A stretch of 64,000 nucleotides of DNA from the NCBI RefSeq assembly GCF_963921235.1, contig NW_026948113.1:310001-374000 (forward strand), given 5' to 3'. A program made the translations under genes and the position numbers. Source of the stretch: Mobula hypostoma. Its lineage: Eukaryota. Under the pieces are notes generated by a model. It saw only the letters and a list, made by a program, of their open reading frames with translations. It was not told where the DNA came from and did no database searches. Positions 1 through 11,115 of this stretch are shown here, one piece after another; positions within the stretch are counted from its first letter, which is position 1; each line of letters starts with the position of its first letter.

Positions 1-585
1 TGATTAGTTTCATCTTGGCCTGGTATGGAATCACGAACGCTCTTGAACAGAAAAGCCAACAAGAAGTAGTGAATACAGCTCACTCCATAATGGATAAAGC
101 CCTCCCCACCACTGAGTATATCCAGAAGGGACACTATCGCAAGAAATAAGCATTCATCATTGATGACCCCTTCTCGTTGCTGCCATCAGAAAGGAGGCAG
201 GGGAGCCTTAGGTGCCACACCACTAGATTCAGAAACAGTTATTACCCGTCAAGCATTGGAGAAGGGATAACTACATTCAACTTCATTGACCCCAAAACTG
301 AACTGATTCCATAACTTATGGAGGCACTTTCAAGAACTCTCCAACTCATGTTCTCAATATTTGATGCTTATTTATTTATTATTATTATTTTGTATTTGTT
401 GTCTTTTTGTATTTGCAACAGTTTGTTGTCTTTTACATATTGGTTGTTTGTCCATCCATCAGTTTTTCACTGATTTGATTGTGTTTCTTTGTATGTAATG
501 TGAATTCCTGCAAAAAAATGGATCTCCAAGTAGTATATGGTGACATATATGTTCTTTGAAAATAAACTCGTTTTGAACTTTGAAG
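1..585 (+). mobile_element. Rex1/Babar-type LINE, decayed 3' end
   Basis: ttctcgttgctgccatcagaaaggagg is the degenerate FSLLPSGRR motif; AT-rich 3' UTR ending aataaactcgttttgaactttgaa. Confidence 0.6.
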
Positions 586-1074
586 TGCAGTCTGATTAAT
601 GTTTTAAAAAGCCCCAGCATTACATCTTTGCTTTTACATTCTAGTCCTCTAGAAATGAATGCCAGCAACATCTTCATTACACTGACTGCAAGGTAACCTT
701 TAGGGAATCCTGCGCTGATTTTTCTCCCCATTTAGAAAATAGTCTGGCCCTTTGTTCTTTCTATGAAAGTGCATGACCATACACTTCCCTATGCTATATT
801 CCATCTGCCACTTCTTTGCTCATCTTCCTAATCTTTCTAAGTTTTTCGGCAGACTCTCTCTGTTTCCTCAACACTATATGCCACTATGCAGGGATGTCTT
901 GTTGTAGCTATAGAGGGTCCTGGTGAAACCCATCAGGAGGTGTATGGTGTGGGTCTCCTTATCTCAGGAAGGATGTTCTTGCAGGAAGGTTCAGGGGAAT
1001 ATAACCATATAACAATTACAGCATGGAAACAGGCCATCTCAGCCCTTCTAGTCCGTGCCGAACTCTTACTCTCA

Positions 1075-2010
1075 CCTAATCCCACCGACCTGAACTCAGC
1101 CCATAACCCTCCATTCCTTTCCTGTCCCTATATCTATCCAATTTAACCTTAAATGACAACATCGAACCTGCCTCAACCACTTCTGCTGGAAGCTCGTTCC
1201 ACACAGCTACCACTCTCTGAGTAAAGAAGTTCCCCCTCATGTTACCCCTAAACTTTTGCCCTTTAACTCTCAACTCAAGTCCTCTTGTTTGAATCTCCCC
1301 CACTCTCAATGGAAAAAGCCTATCCATGTCAACTCTATCAAGTCCCCCCTCAACCTTCTACGCTCCAAGGAATAAAGACCTAATTTGTTCAACCTTTCTC
1401 TGTAACTTAGGTGATGAAACCCAGACAACATTTTAGTAAATCTCCTCTGTACTCTCTCAATTTTATTGACATCTTTCCTATAATTCGGTGACCAGAACTG
1501 TACATAATACTCCAAATCTGGTCTTACACAATTTCAACATTACATCCCAACTCCTATACTCAATGCTCTGATTTATAAAGGCCAGCATACCAAAAGCTTT
1601 CTTCACCACCCTATCTACATGAGATTCCACCTTCAGGGAACTATGCACCATTATTCCTAGATCCCTCTGTTCTACTGCATTCTTCATTTACCATGCATGT
1701 CCTATTTTGATTAGTCCTACCAAAACGTAGCATCTCATATTTATCAGTATTAAACTCCATCTGCCATCTTTCAGCCCACTCTTCTAACTGGCCTAAATCT
1801 CTCTGCAAGCTTTGGAAACCTACTTCATTATCCACAACTCCACCTATCTTAGTATCATCTGCATACTTACTAATCCAATTTACAACCCTTCATCCAGATC
1901 ATTAGTATATATGACAAACAACACTGGACCCAGTACAGATCCCTGAGGCACACCGCTAGACACCGTCCTCCAATACGACAAACAGTTATCCACCACTACT
2001 CTCTGGAATC
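1075..2010 (-). mobile_element. CR1 LINE, 3' ORF2 fragment
   Basis: Frameshifted ORFs [27 protein letters not shown]...[15 protein letters not shown] and FFTQRVVAVWNELP are the CR1 RT C-terminus. Confidence 0.88.
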
Positions 2011-2124
2011 TTATCTTGCTCTGTCATTGGTGGAGGATTAAATGAAGAGACTGGAACTGGAGGAAGACAGAGATATCATGGGATTCTTGGTACAGAGAAG
2101 ATTGTGGAGGTAAAAATGGCTACA

Positions 2125-2990
2125 GAAATTGTAAATAGTGGAAACAATCTGGAGGGCTGTTAGAGTTTACAGTACAACATTGACAGGATGTAGAACCGGG
2201 GTGAGAAGCTGCAGATGGAGTTCAACCTAGATAAGTGTGAAGTGGTTCATTTTGATAGGACAAATTTGAAGACGGAATATAATATTAATGGTAAGACTCT
2301 TGGCATGTGGAGGATCTGACGACAATCAAAGCTGCTGCGGTGGTTGACAGTGTTGTTAAGAAGGCATATGGTGTGTTGGCCTTCATCAACCATGGGATTG
2401 TGTTCAAGAGCCATGAGATAATATTACAGCTCTATAAGACCTTGGTCAGACCTCACTTGGAGTACTGTGTTCAGTTCTGGCCACCTCACTACAGGAAGGA
2501 TGTGGATACTATACAGAGAGGGCAGAGGAGATTTACAAGGATGTTGCCTGGATTGGAGAGCTTGTCTTATGAGATTAGGTTGAGTGAACTTGGCCTTTTC
2601 TCCTTGGAACGACAGAGAATGAGAGGTGACCTGATAGTTGTGATGAGAGGCATTGATCATATGGATAGCAAGAGGCTTTTCCCCAGGGTTGAAATGGCTA
2701 ACACAATGGGGCATAGTTTTAAGGTGCTTGGAAGGAGGTACAAGGGGGATGTCAGGGGTAAGTTTTTCACAGAAAGAGAGTGGTGGGTGCATGGAATGCG
2801 CTGCCAGTGAAGATGGTAGAGGTGGGTACAATAGGGTCTTTTAAGAGACTCTTAGATAGGTACATGGAGCTTAGAAAAATAGAGGGCTATGCAGTAGGAA
2901 AATTCTAGGTAGTTTCCAGAGTAGGTTACATGGTCAGTGCAACATTGTGGGCTGACAGGCCTGTAATATGCCGTAAATTTCTATGTTCTA
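2125..2990 (+). mobile_element. CR1 LINE, 3' ORF2 fragment
   Basis: ORF 2307..2810 LYKTLVRPHLEYCVQFW...LFSLERQRMRGDL; ctatgttcta tail. Confidence 0.88.
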
Positions 2991-2999
2991 TAATGAAAA

Positions 3000-5006
3000 T
3001 TTTGCTGAAGGGAAGGTTGTGTGACATGCTCCACAGCCTGGGTTATACACAATAGAGAAGGTACAGGAGGAAGTTTGAGTGGGAACTCCAGCAGAACAAC
3101 ATGAGAGAGGTCTGGAGTGGGATGAGGACCATCACTGGGTTTCGGCAAACTAGCAACAGAGGAGCTGAGGGCAGTGTGGACAGTGCCAATGAACTTAACC
3201 TGTTCTTTAACAGATTTCACATTGAGGCCCCTGCCCAACTCCCACATAAGCCATCTGTTGTCGGCCCCCAACCAACACATATTCCACTCTCCCCTCCTAC
3301 CCCTCCTCACAGACCCCCACCCTGCTCTCATGACTATACCCCTCTCCCACACGAAACCACCACGGTGGGCTTCACGGCTGAACAGGTGAGAACACAGCTG
3401 AAACGTCTTAACCCAAGCAAGGCTGCAGGACCAGATGGTGTCAGTACCAGGGTGCTCAAAACCTGTGCCCCTCAGCTATGTGGAGTACTTCGCCATGTAT
3501 TCAACCTGAGCCTGAGGCTCCGGAGGGTTCCTGTACTGTGGAAGACGTCCTGCCTCATCCCTGCGCCAAAGACGCCACGGCCCAGCGGCCTCAATGACTA
3601 CAGACCGGTGGCATTGACCTCCCACATCATGAAGACCCTGGAGAGACTTGTTCTGGAGCTGCTCCGGCCTATGGTCAGGCCACACTTAGATCCCCTCCAG
3701 TTCGCCTACCAGCCCCGACTAGGAGTTGAGGATGCCATCGTCTACCTGCTGAACCGTATCTACGCCCATCTGGACAAGCCAGCGAGCACTGTGAGGGTCA
3801 TGTTTTTTGACTTCTCCAGTGCGTTCAACACCATCCGCCCTGCTCTGCTGGGGGAGAAGCTGACAGCGATGCAGGTGGATGCTTTCCTGGTGTCATGGAT
3901 TCTTGATTACCTGACTGGCAGACCACAGTACGTGTGCTTGCAACACTGTGTGTCTGACAGAGTGATCAGCAGCACTGGGGCTCCACAGGGGACTGTCTTG
4001 TCTCCCTTTCTCTTCACCATTTACACCTCAGACTTCAACTACTGCACAGAGTCTTGTCATCTTCAGAAGTTTTCGGATGACTGCCATAATTGGATGCGTC
4101 AGCAAGGGAGATGAGGTTGAGTACAGGGCTACGGTAGGAAACTTTGTCACATGGTGTGAGCAGAATTATCTGCAGCTTAATGTGAAAAAGTCTAAGGAGC
4201 TGGTGGTAGACCTGAGAAGAGCTAAGGTACCGTTGACCCCTGTTTCCATCCAGGGGGTCAGTGTGGACATGGTGGAGGATTACAAATACCTGGGGATACG
4301 AATCGACAATAAACTGGACTGGTCTAAGAACAGTGAGGCTGTCTACAAGAAGGGTCAGAGCTGACTCTATTTCCTGAGGAGACTGAGGTCCTTTAACATC
4401 TGCCGGATGATGCTGAGGATGTTCTATGAGTCTGTGATGGCCAGTGCTATCATGTTTGCTGTTGTGTGCTGGGGCAGCAGGCTGAGGGTAGTAGACAGCA
4501 ACAGAATCAACAAACCCATTTGTAAGGCCAGTGATGTTGTGGGGATGGAACTGGACTCCCTCACGGTGGTGTCTGAAAAGAGGATGCTGTCCAAGTTGCA
4601 TGCCATCTTGGTCAATGTCTCCCATCCACTACATAATGTACTGGGTGGGCACAGGAGTACATTCAGCCAGAGACTCATTCCTCCAAGATGCAGCACAGAG
4701 CGTCATAGGAAGTCATTCCTGCCTGTGGCCATCAAACTTTACAACTCCTCCCTTGGAGGGTCAGACACCCTGAGCCAATAGGCTGGTCCTGGACTTATTT
4801 CATAATTTACTGGCATAAGTTACATATTACTATTTAACTATTTATTACTATTTTTCTATTACTATTCTATTACTATTTATTATTTCCATGACTATTACTA
4901 TTTACTAATAGTAGTATTACTATTACTATTTATTATTTATGGTGTAACTGTAATGAAAACCAATTTCCCCAGGGATCAGTAAAGTATGACTATGACTATG
5001 ACTATG
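3000..5006 (+). mobile_element. Rex1/Babar-type LINE, 5'-truncated, disrupted RT
   Basis: ORF 3101..4114 has RT motifs (KAAGPDG, YRPVALTS, DFSSAFNTI, GAPQGTVLSP, FSDD). Frameshift at about 4080 and in-frame TGA at 4362-64. (tatgac)n tail; possible TSD atgaaaa at 2993-99 and 5004-10. Confidence 0.92.
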
Positions 5007-5519
5007 AAAAAGAAAGTCTGCTCATTTTGAGAAAGGCAGTTACAGATTCTGTAAGTAATGAGAAAGGTAAATGGATGAGGGGAATTTTGTCACAACCACG
5101 GATTCGGCAGCGCAGTATATTTGGCAATTGCGCTCATGAATATGCATTTGTAAACTAATTATCATTTCATTGTGATAGTATTTAACTCCATTCATTCTGT
5201 CACAGTATTTGTTGAGACTTGGACACAGCAAATGTGCTTGCTTGCATTATGACTTGCCTGAAAATTAAACTGTCCAGTCAACTGACTCTGAGGACTAGCG
5301 ATACTTGTTCTATACTTAGTTGTTCTTTTCAGCCGCAGTGTAGGCTTCATTTTCCATTTGAGAGTTTTAGTTAATGGCTCTGTTTGGCCTAGCGTTTATT
5401 GTTTTCCTTACCCTTTAACACTGTTCGCATTAAATTCTGTGAACCATCAAGCTGCTTCAGTGTCTCTCACTCCGCACTTGGGCCATATCCAAACCACAGT
5501 GACAACTTTATTCCAGATA

Positions 5520-5990
5520 GAATAGAATGTACTTTATACTTTATATCCTTTATACTTTATTGTCGCCAAACAATTGATACTAGAATGTACAATCATCACA
5601 GCGATATTTGATTCTGCAGTTCCTGCTCCCTGGATTACAAATCGATAGTAAATATTAAAAATTTAAATTATAAATCATAAATAGAAAATAAAAAAAAAAC
5701 GAAAGTAAGGTAGTGCAAAAAAAAATGAGAGGCAGGTCCGGATATTTGGAGGGTACGGCCCAGATCCGTTCAGCAGTCTTATCACAATTGGAAAGAAGCT
5801 GTTCCCAAATCTGGCCATACGAGTCTTCAAGCTCCTGAGCCTTCTCCCGGAGGGAAGAGGGACAAAATGTGTGTTGGCTGGGTGGGCCATGTCCTTGATT
5901 ATCCTGGCAGCACTGCTCCGGCAGCTTGCGGTGTAAAGTGAGTCCAAGGACAGAAGATTGGTTTGTGTGATGTGCTGCGCCGTGTTCACA
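5520..5990 (-). mobile_element. Rex1/Babar-type LINE 3' fragment
   Basis: ORF 5675..6016 PLPSGRRLRSLKTRMARFGNSFFP...IRLLN. Confidence 0.7.
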
Positions 5991-6568
5991 GTAAGCACAG
6001 GAACAGTGTCAAACAAGCACCTACACTCTTCCCAATTCTCCTCACCTCACCCAGCTTTCACACTGGAATAGAGCCAGGCTTCAGAACCAATGGAAATCCG
6101 TTCAAACTGTAGTGATTACACTATAGCAAGTTGGTTGGCTGACCTGCAGTACTTAAGCTGCACTTATGCAGACAAAGCCAAGCTCGAAGCCATTATCAAC
6201 TTGCTCACCGAAGCATAAGGAAAGAAGGGGCTGACATTCAATATGTACAGCAACACACACACCAAGTGCTGGGTCAACCCAGCATGTCAAGAGAGCACCT
6301 ATGGAAGGAAATGAATAGTCAATATTTTGGGGTGAGACTCTTCATCAGGACTGTACAGATTGCCCCAATGTATAAGAAAATAAAGATAAACCCTGAAGAA
6401 GATGGACTACTTCCCAAATCCCTGAATCCCCCTCCCGATGACTACAGGCATCAGTCCACCAAGGTGCACCACTGAATGCCACAGGAGATCCTTTCTCCCT
6501 GTGGCTGTAAGACGCCACATCTCCTTCTCCTTAAGTATATAAGTATACGGCTTCATTGCACATCTGTA

Positions 6569-7259
6569 TGTAAGGGGTTTATTCTTTTATGTTACTGTGT
6601 AGGCTAATTAAAATGACTTCTTTGTTATGTTAAAAGCTGAGAAAGTTCTCTCGCTAGCAGCTTGTTTGGGTTATATTATTGATAATAGAGTGAACGAACC
6701 AATTGGGATAGATGTTATTCTTTCCAGTGTGTCTGCAAGTTATTGTGATGCGCGGGTTTTTGGGCAGAAGGCGTGAGAGAGAGAGAGAGAGGATGGACAA
6801 GGTGCTGTGAGCCGGCTAACGGGGTCGGATCCCGAGCAGGAGTCCGAGGTTCAGGGTTTTCGGCGAGGAGAGGAGACGGAGACAGACTCGTGTGGAGCGT
6901 CTGGTCGACCACCGTGGTTGGTCCCAGGCGGCCGGTCGAGGTGGCCAGAGGGGATTGACTGGCGAAGAGAGGATCGTTACTAGACCTCCAACTGTTTGTG
7001 CACAAAGAGATTGAACTTTGCTAAGTTGGCCCCTTTTATATTTTATCTCTATTAATTATATAGTTCCAGTAATATCTATAAACTGTAATTCATTTAATCG
7101 TATATGGTGTATTGTCTGTTATTTGGCGGGGTGGGGTACATCACACAGCATCCACACAAACTTAAGTACCCAGTTTGGCAGGACTGAGGGCTGTTTCCCT
7201 AGACGACAGAGAGTTGAGTGACCCTGAGACTTGCCAGGGGGTGGGGGGGGGGGGCTACG
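6569..7259. mobile_element. Solo LTR, about 690 bp (Gypsy- or ERV-like)
   Basis: Begins TGTAAGGGG and ends GGGGCTACG (CA end mutated). 4-bp TSD TGTA at 6565-68 and 7260-63. CpG-rich core with CCAAT; it interrupts a LINE 3' UTR. Confidence 0.68.
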
Positions 7260-8249
7260 TGTATTTTACACTATTTACGTTTTAATGTACATTTTGTATT
7301 TTTTCATACCTCAATATATTTCCAAGTATATATTTCTGACTGAGCAACCTTGCAACAATAATTTCTTCTGGGATAAATAAAGCTTTATCTTATCTTATCA
7401 GTGGAAGAGTCCATGTGTTCCACATCACTAACTGCAGATCCCACAAATCTGCAGTGGAATCAGGTTACCCTCCATCCCCAGGGATTGTGTAAGAAGAGGG
7501 CAAGTAAGGTATGCAGGATCATTGCAAAGGGAAGGAAAGAAACTCAGAAAAAGCATACAGTTGCGCTGCAGTCTGCACCCATACCATTGCACAGACAGCG
7601 ATACAGGACAGAAAGAGGACCTTTAAATCCATGCCAATCACTGAACACCTAGTCACACTAATCCCAGAGACACAGGAGATACTGTAGATCCTGGAAATCT
7701 TGAGGAACACACTTGAAATTCTAGAGGAACTTAGCATGTTAGGCAGCATCTACCATAAGCAGTCCCATCTGTTTGAACCAATTTTCCAATTCTAGTTGCA
7801 TTTCACTCCTTGTCCTTCCATTGTGCATCCTCATGACCTGCCCATCCTTCCCTTTATTCTCAGTGCACTGTTCTCTCCTATTGGACTGCTTCATCTTCTG
7901 CCCTTTACCTCTTCATCCATCATCTGAGCCTCTCATGGCATTGTCTTTCATCCACCCAGCCGCACCTATCCACCTTCCCCCTCTCACGTGGACTCACCTA
8001 TCACTTGCCAGCTCGTACTCCCCCCACTTCTCCCGCCCTCTTTCTCTGTCTTCTGCCCCCTTCCTTTCGAGACCCCATGAGTAGTGGAGGCCCAAAGCAT
8101 CAACTATTCATTTCCATTCACAGATACTGCCTGACCTTCTAATTTCCTCCACCACACAGTTGCTAAACTAATCCCATTCTTATATTATCCCTACATTCCC
8201 ATCAATCCCCACCCCCAAGTCTTACCACTGACCCACACTCTGGGGGAAA

Positions 8250-8425
8250 TTTACAGTGGCCAACCAAGTCATCAGTCTGCATGTCTTTGGGACGTGGAAG
8301 GAAATCGAAGCAGCCAGCGGAAACACTCGGGGTCACAGGGAGAAGGTGTGTAGATGGTGCCGGAAGTTGGGACTGAACCCAACTCTACAAGCTGAGCCAC
8401 TGTGCTGCCCTGTGGGGAGTAACCC
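8250..8425 (-). mobile_element. tRNA-headed SINE (V-SINE/HE1-like); similar copies at about 14880-15000, 18370-18480, 49500-49660 and 58240-58430
   Basis: Minus strand gggcagcacagtggctcagc...gggttcagtccc head followed by a ttccttccacgtcccaaagacatgcag core. Confidence 0.55.
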
Positions 8426-9929
8426 TGCTTACCTTCCTTTTGGATTGTGGGTATCACTGAAAGGTTTGGCATCTGGTGCCCATCCTGGGAACGCGGTGGG
8501 GAACCACCAGCTACTTCACAGCAGCCCCCATTGTGAAAAGGTGGGAAAAGAAACTTTTACAAGCCAAACAGTCTGGATAAAGCCAAGTATCAAATTTACT
8601 GCACGGTATAAATGTATGCAGACGTAAGCAGGGAAACAGCATGCAATATTACCAACACTAATATTTAGAGCAATTTCTAAAACCAAAACAATGCAAAATT
8701 CACAGGGCACATCTCCCACGTGACAACAATACATGTTTCAGACTCCTAGAAAACATTACACTACATTGAACATTAGCTGGGCAAAATGCATTCTGAGGTA
8801 AACTCAAGTTTCTTGATAGATGTTCTTCTGATAGAGTATGTACATCTGTGTTTAGCACCGAACTCTTCTCTTTTGCATCTCCCTCGACAACGGAGTTGAA
8901 CAGTGATGAGCCCTCTTCCCTGGTGTTGTGGGCTGGGCGTGTGCTGTGCCCAAGCACTCCATTCATTGGGTTTTTAAAAATTATGGGAAGGGTTGTGCTC
9001 CTCTTACACCTTCACTTGCTAATCTCATGCATGTCTGATCACATGTGTCTCAGTGCAGAAAACTTCCAGAGACCGAAGATCCTGTCTAACAACAGCAACA
9101 TATTTGTATTTGCCACAACGGAAGGAAAACTGGGTGTGCCATCAAAGACCCCAAAAACAGCCCTTCCAGCAAAAAGTTTGTTAATTCTCCGATCAGCGAT
9201 CAGTTCCCACTGAGAATATATGTACACCATAACGGTGTCATTCAAATGGCTGGACTGATACGGTAGCTACAATTTCACTGACCAAATAAATGTAAAGCAA
9301 GATATCATCGACTTTGATGAAAGCCAGATGTGCTAACCCTGTATCTCCATCCAGTGGATACCGTCAGACTTGTTCCATGTCTCCGCTTTAACTTCAGATT
9401 TGCAGCAGCTGCACTATTTTGCTTTTGGACCAGCTTTTAAAAGTGGAAATTTTGAAGGGAAAATCTTCCATCAGTTAGGATGTGGAGTTCCTGGAATACA
9501 ACATCCTTAATAAAGTGAGGTAAATGGGGGGAACGTACCCCTGCGGAGATTTTTGACCTGCTTATGGTACGTATTCTAGATTTACCCCCAGTTTTACCCT
9601 CATTCCCCCAAGAATATACACGATTAAGGTGACAGGTGTCGCCAATACTTCCAATGCTGACAATTCTTCCCACAACCATCCTTTGAGTGTGGGCCTACCA
9701 GTGTATTATGACAGAGCGTTATCAGTACAGTTTGGCAGGTACCCATCCAGAATCTTTTCAGCATTCAACCTTCCCTGTGTCCGCTCTTCTGAGTTAATCA
9801 ACTAACTCTTTTCCTCCTCCTCCTCTGGAGATCTACAGGTCTTCCCTTCTCAAGGAGCATTTCCAATACCCTCTGGAAAGTGGTGTTGATTTGACTCTTT
9901 GGGCCAGGCTTTTTCCATAATCGCTGCCC

Positions 9930-11115
9930 TCAGGTACTCTTTGGCTTGCTTGAAGGGAGGATGGGAGGTTTCTCTGCGGAGTGGGTGTGCCTGTGTATCT
10001 CCAGGGAGGAGGAATAGGTGAAGCAGTGCTGGCAGAAGTCGCACTGGAAGCGCCTGTCGCCAGTGTGGGTGCGCTGGTGCTTGAGGAGGTGTGCCAGCTG
10101 CGTGAAGCCCCTGTTGCAGAACTCACACTTCAGGGGCTTGTCCCCCATCGGGACGCACTGGTGCTTGAGGAAGTAGGACGAGCTGAGGAAGGCCTTATCA
10201 CAGGCCTCGCAGTGGAACGGCCTCTCCCCTGTGTGGATGCGCCGGTGGATCACCAAGTAGGATGCACTGCAGAAGTCCCGGTCACAGATCTCACAGCAGA
10301 AGGGCCTCTCGCCCGTGTGGCTGCGCTGGTGGATGCGGAGGTAGGAGACGTTGCAGAACACCTTGCCGCAGACGTCGCAGTGGAAGGGCTTCTCCTGGGC
10401 GTGGCTGCGTCGGTGGATGCGTAGGTAGGAGGGGCTGCCGAAGGCTTTGCTGCAGACCTCGCAGCGGAAGGGCCTCTCGCCGGTATGGAGGCGCTGGTGC
10501 ACCACCAGGTAGGCAGCGCTGCAGAAGTCCTTGCCGCACGTCTCGCAGAGGAAAAGCCGCCCGTCCTTGGGGACGCACTTGTGCTCAGCCAGCCGGGCTG
10601 GCATCATGAATGCCTTGCCACACACCTTGCACCTGAAGCCCCGGCTGCCGGCGTGACTGCGCCGGTGCAGCACCAGCTGCGACTGCTTGGTGAAGGTGCT
10701 GCGGCACGTCTTGCATTGGAAGGGCTTCTCGCCCGTGTGCAGCCGCCAGTGCTGCAGGAGGGCGGTGGCCTGTGCGAACGCCTGCTCACACACCTTGCAC
10801 TGGAAGAGCCGCTCGCCAGTGTGAACATGACGGTGCTTCACCAGGCTGGAGGAATGGCTGAAGCTCTTGCCGCACACTTCACACCGGAACGGCCTCTCGC
10901 CCGTGTGCATCCGCAGGTGGGCACCCAGGTCGGAGGGCTGGGCAAAGGTCCAGCCGCACAGCTCACACTTGTATGGCTTCTTCCCCATCAGGAAACGGTG
11001 TGACATCACAGCCACCGGGCAATTGCTCTGGGGAACCGAGGGGCGTCCTCGCTGGGAGCCCTGGCGTTCGTCAAGTGCAGTCCATTCCCAGTGACTCTCC
11101 ATCTCCAAATGCAGT
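9930..11115 (-). CDS. C2H2 zinc-finger protein, 12 tandem fingers, main (last) coding exon
   Basis: ORF 9930..11153 has 12 CxxC...H repeats of 28 aa with TGERP/TGEKP linkers. Acceptor tttgtttacag| precedes 11115. In-frame ATG at 11102 in strong Kozak context (gagATGg). GC/CpG-rich coding sequence. Confidence 0.93.

Noticed and set aside
3101-4781. Intact autonomous reverse transcriptase gene
   Set aside because: 5'-truncated, frameshift right after FSDD and in-frame TGA at 4362-64; a dead LINE copy. The antisense ORF 4035..4625 is a shadow.
8500-9790. Short ORFs in unique sequence (8848..9213, 9437..9679)
   Set aside because: No recognisable domain; position fits the ZNF 3' UTR.
9981-11094. 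Several long plus-strand ORFs (9981..10424, 10262..10609, 10485..11003) and alternative minus frames
   Set aside because: Shadows of the GC-rich zinc-finger exon; few stops arise because of codon bias, and the products have no domain features.
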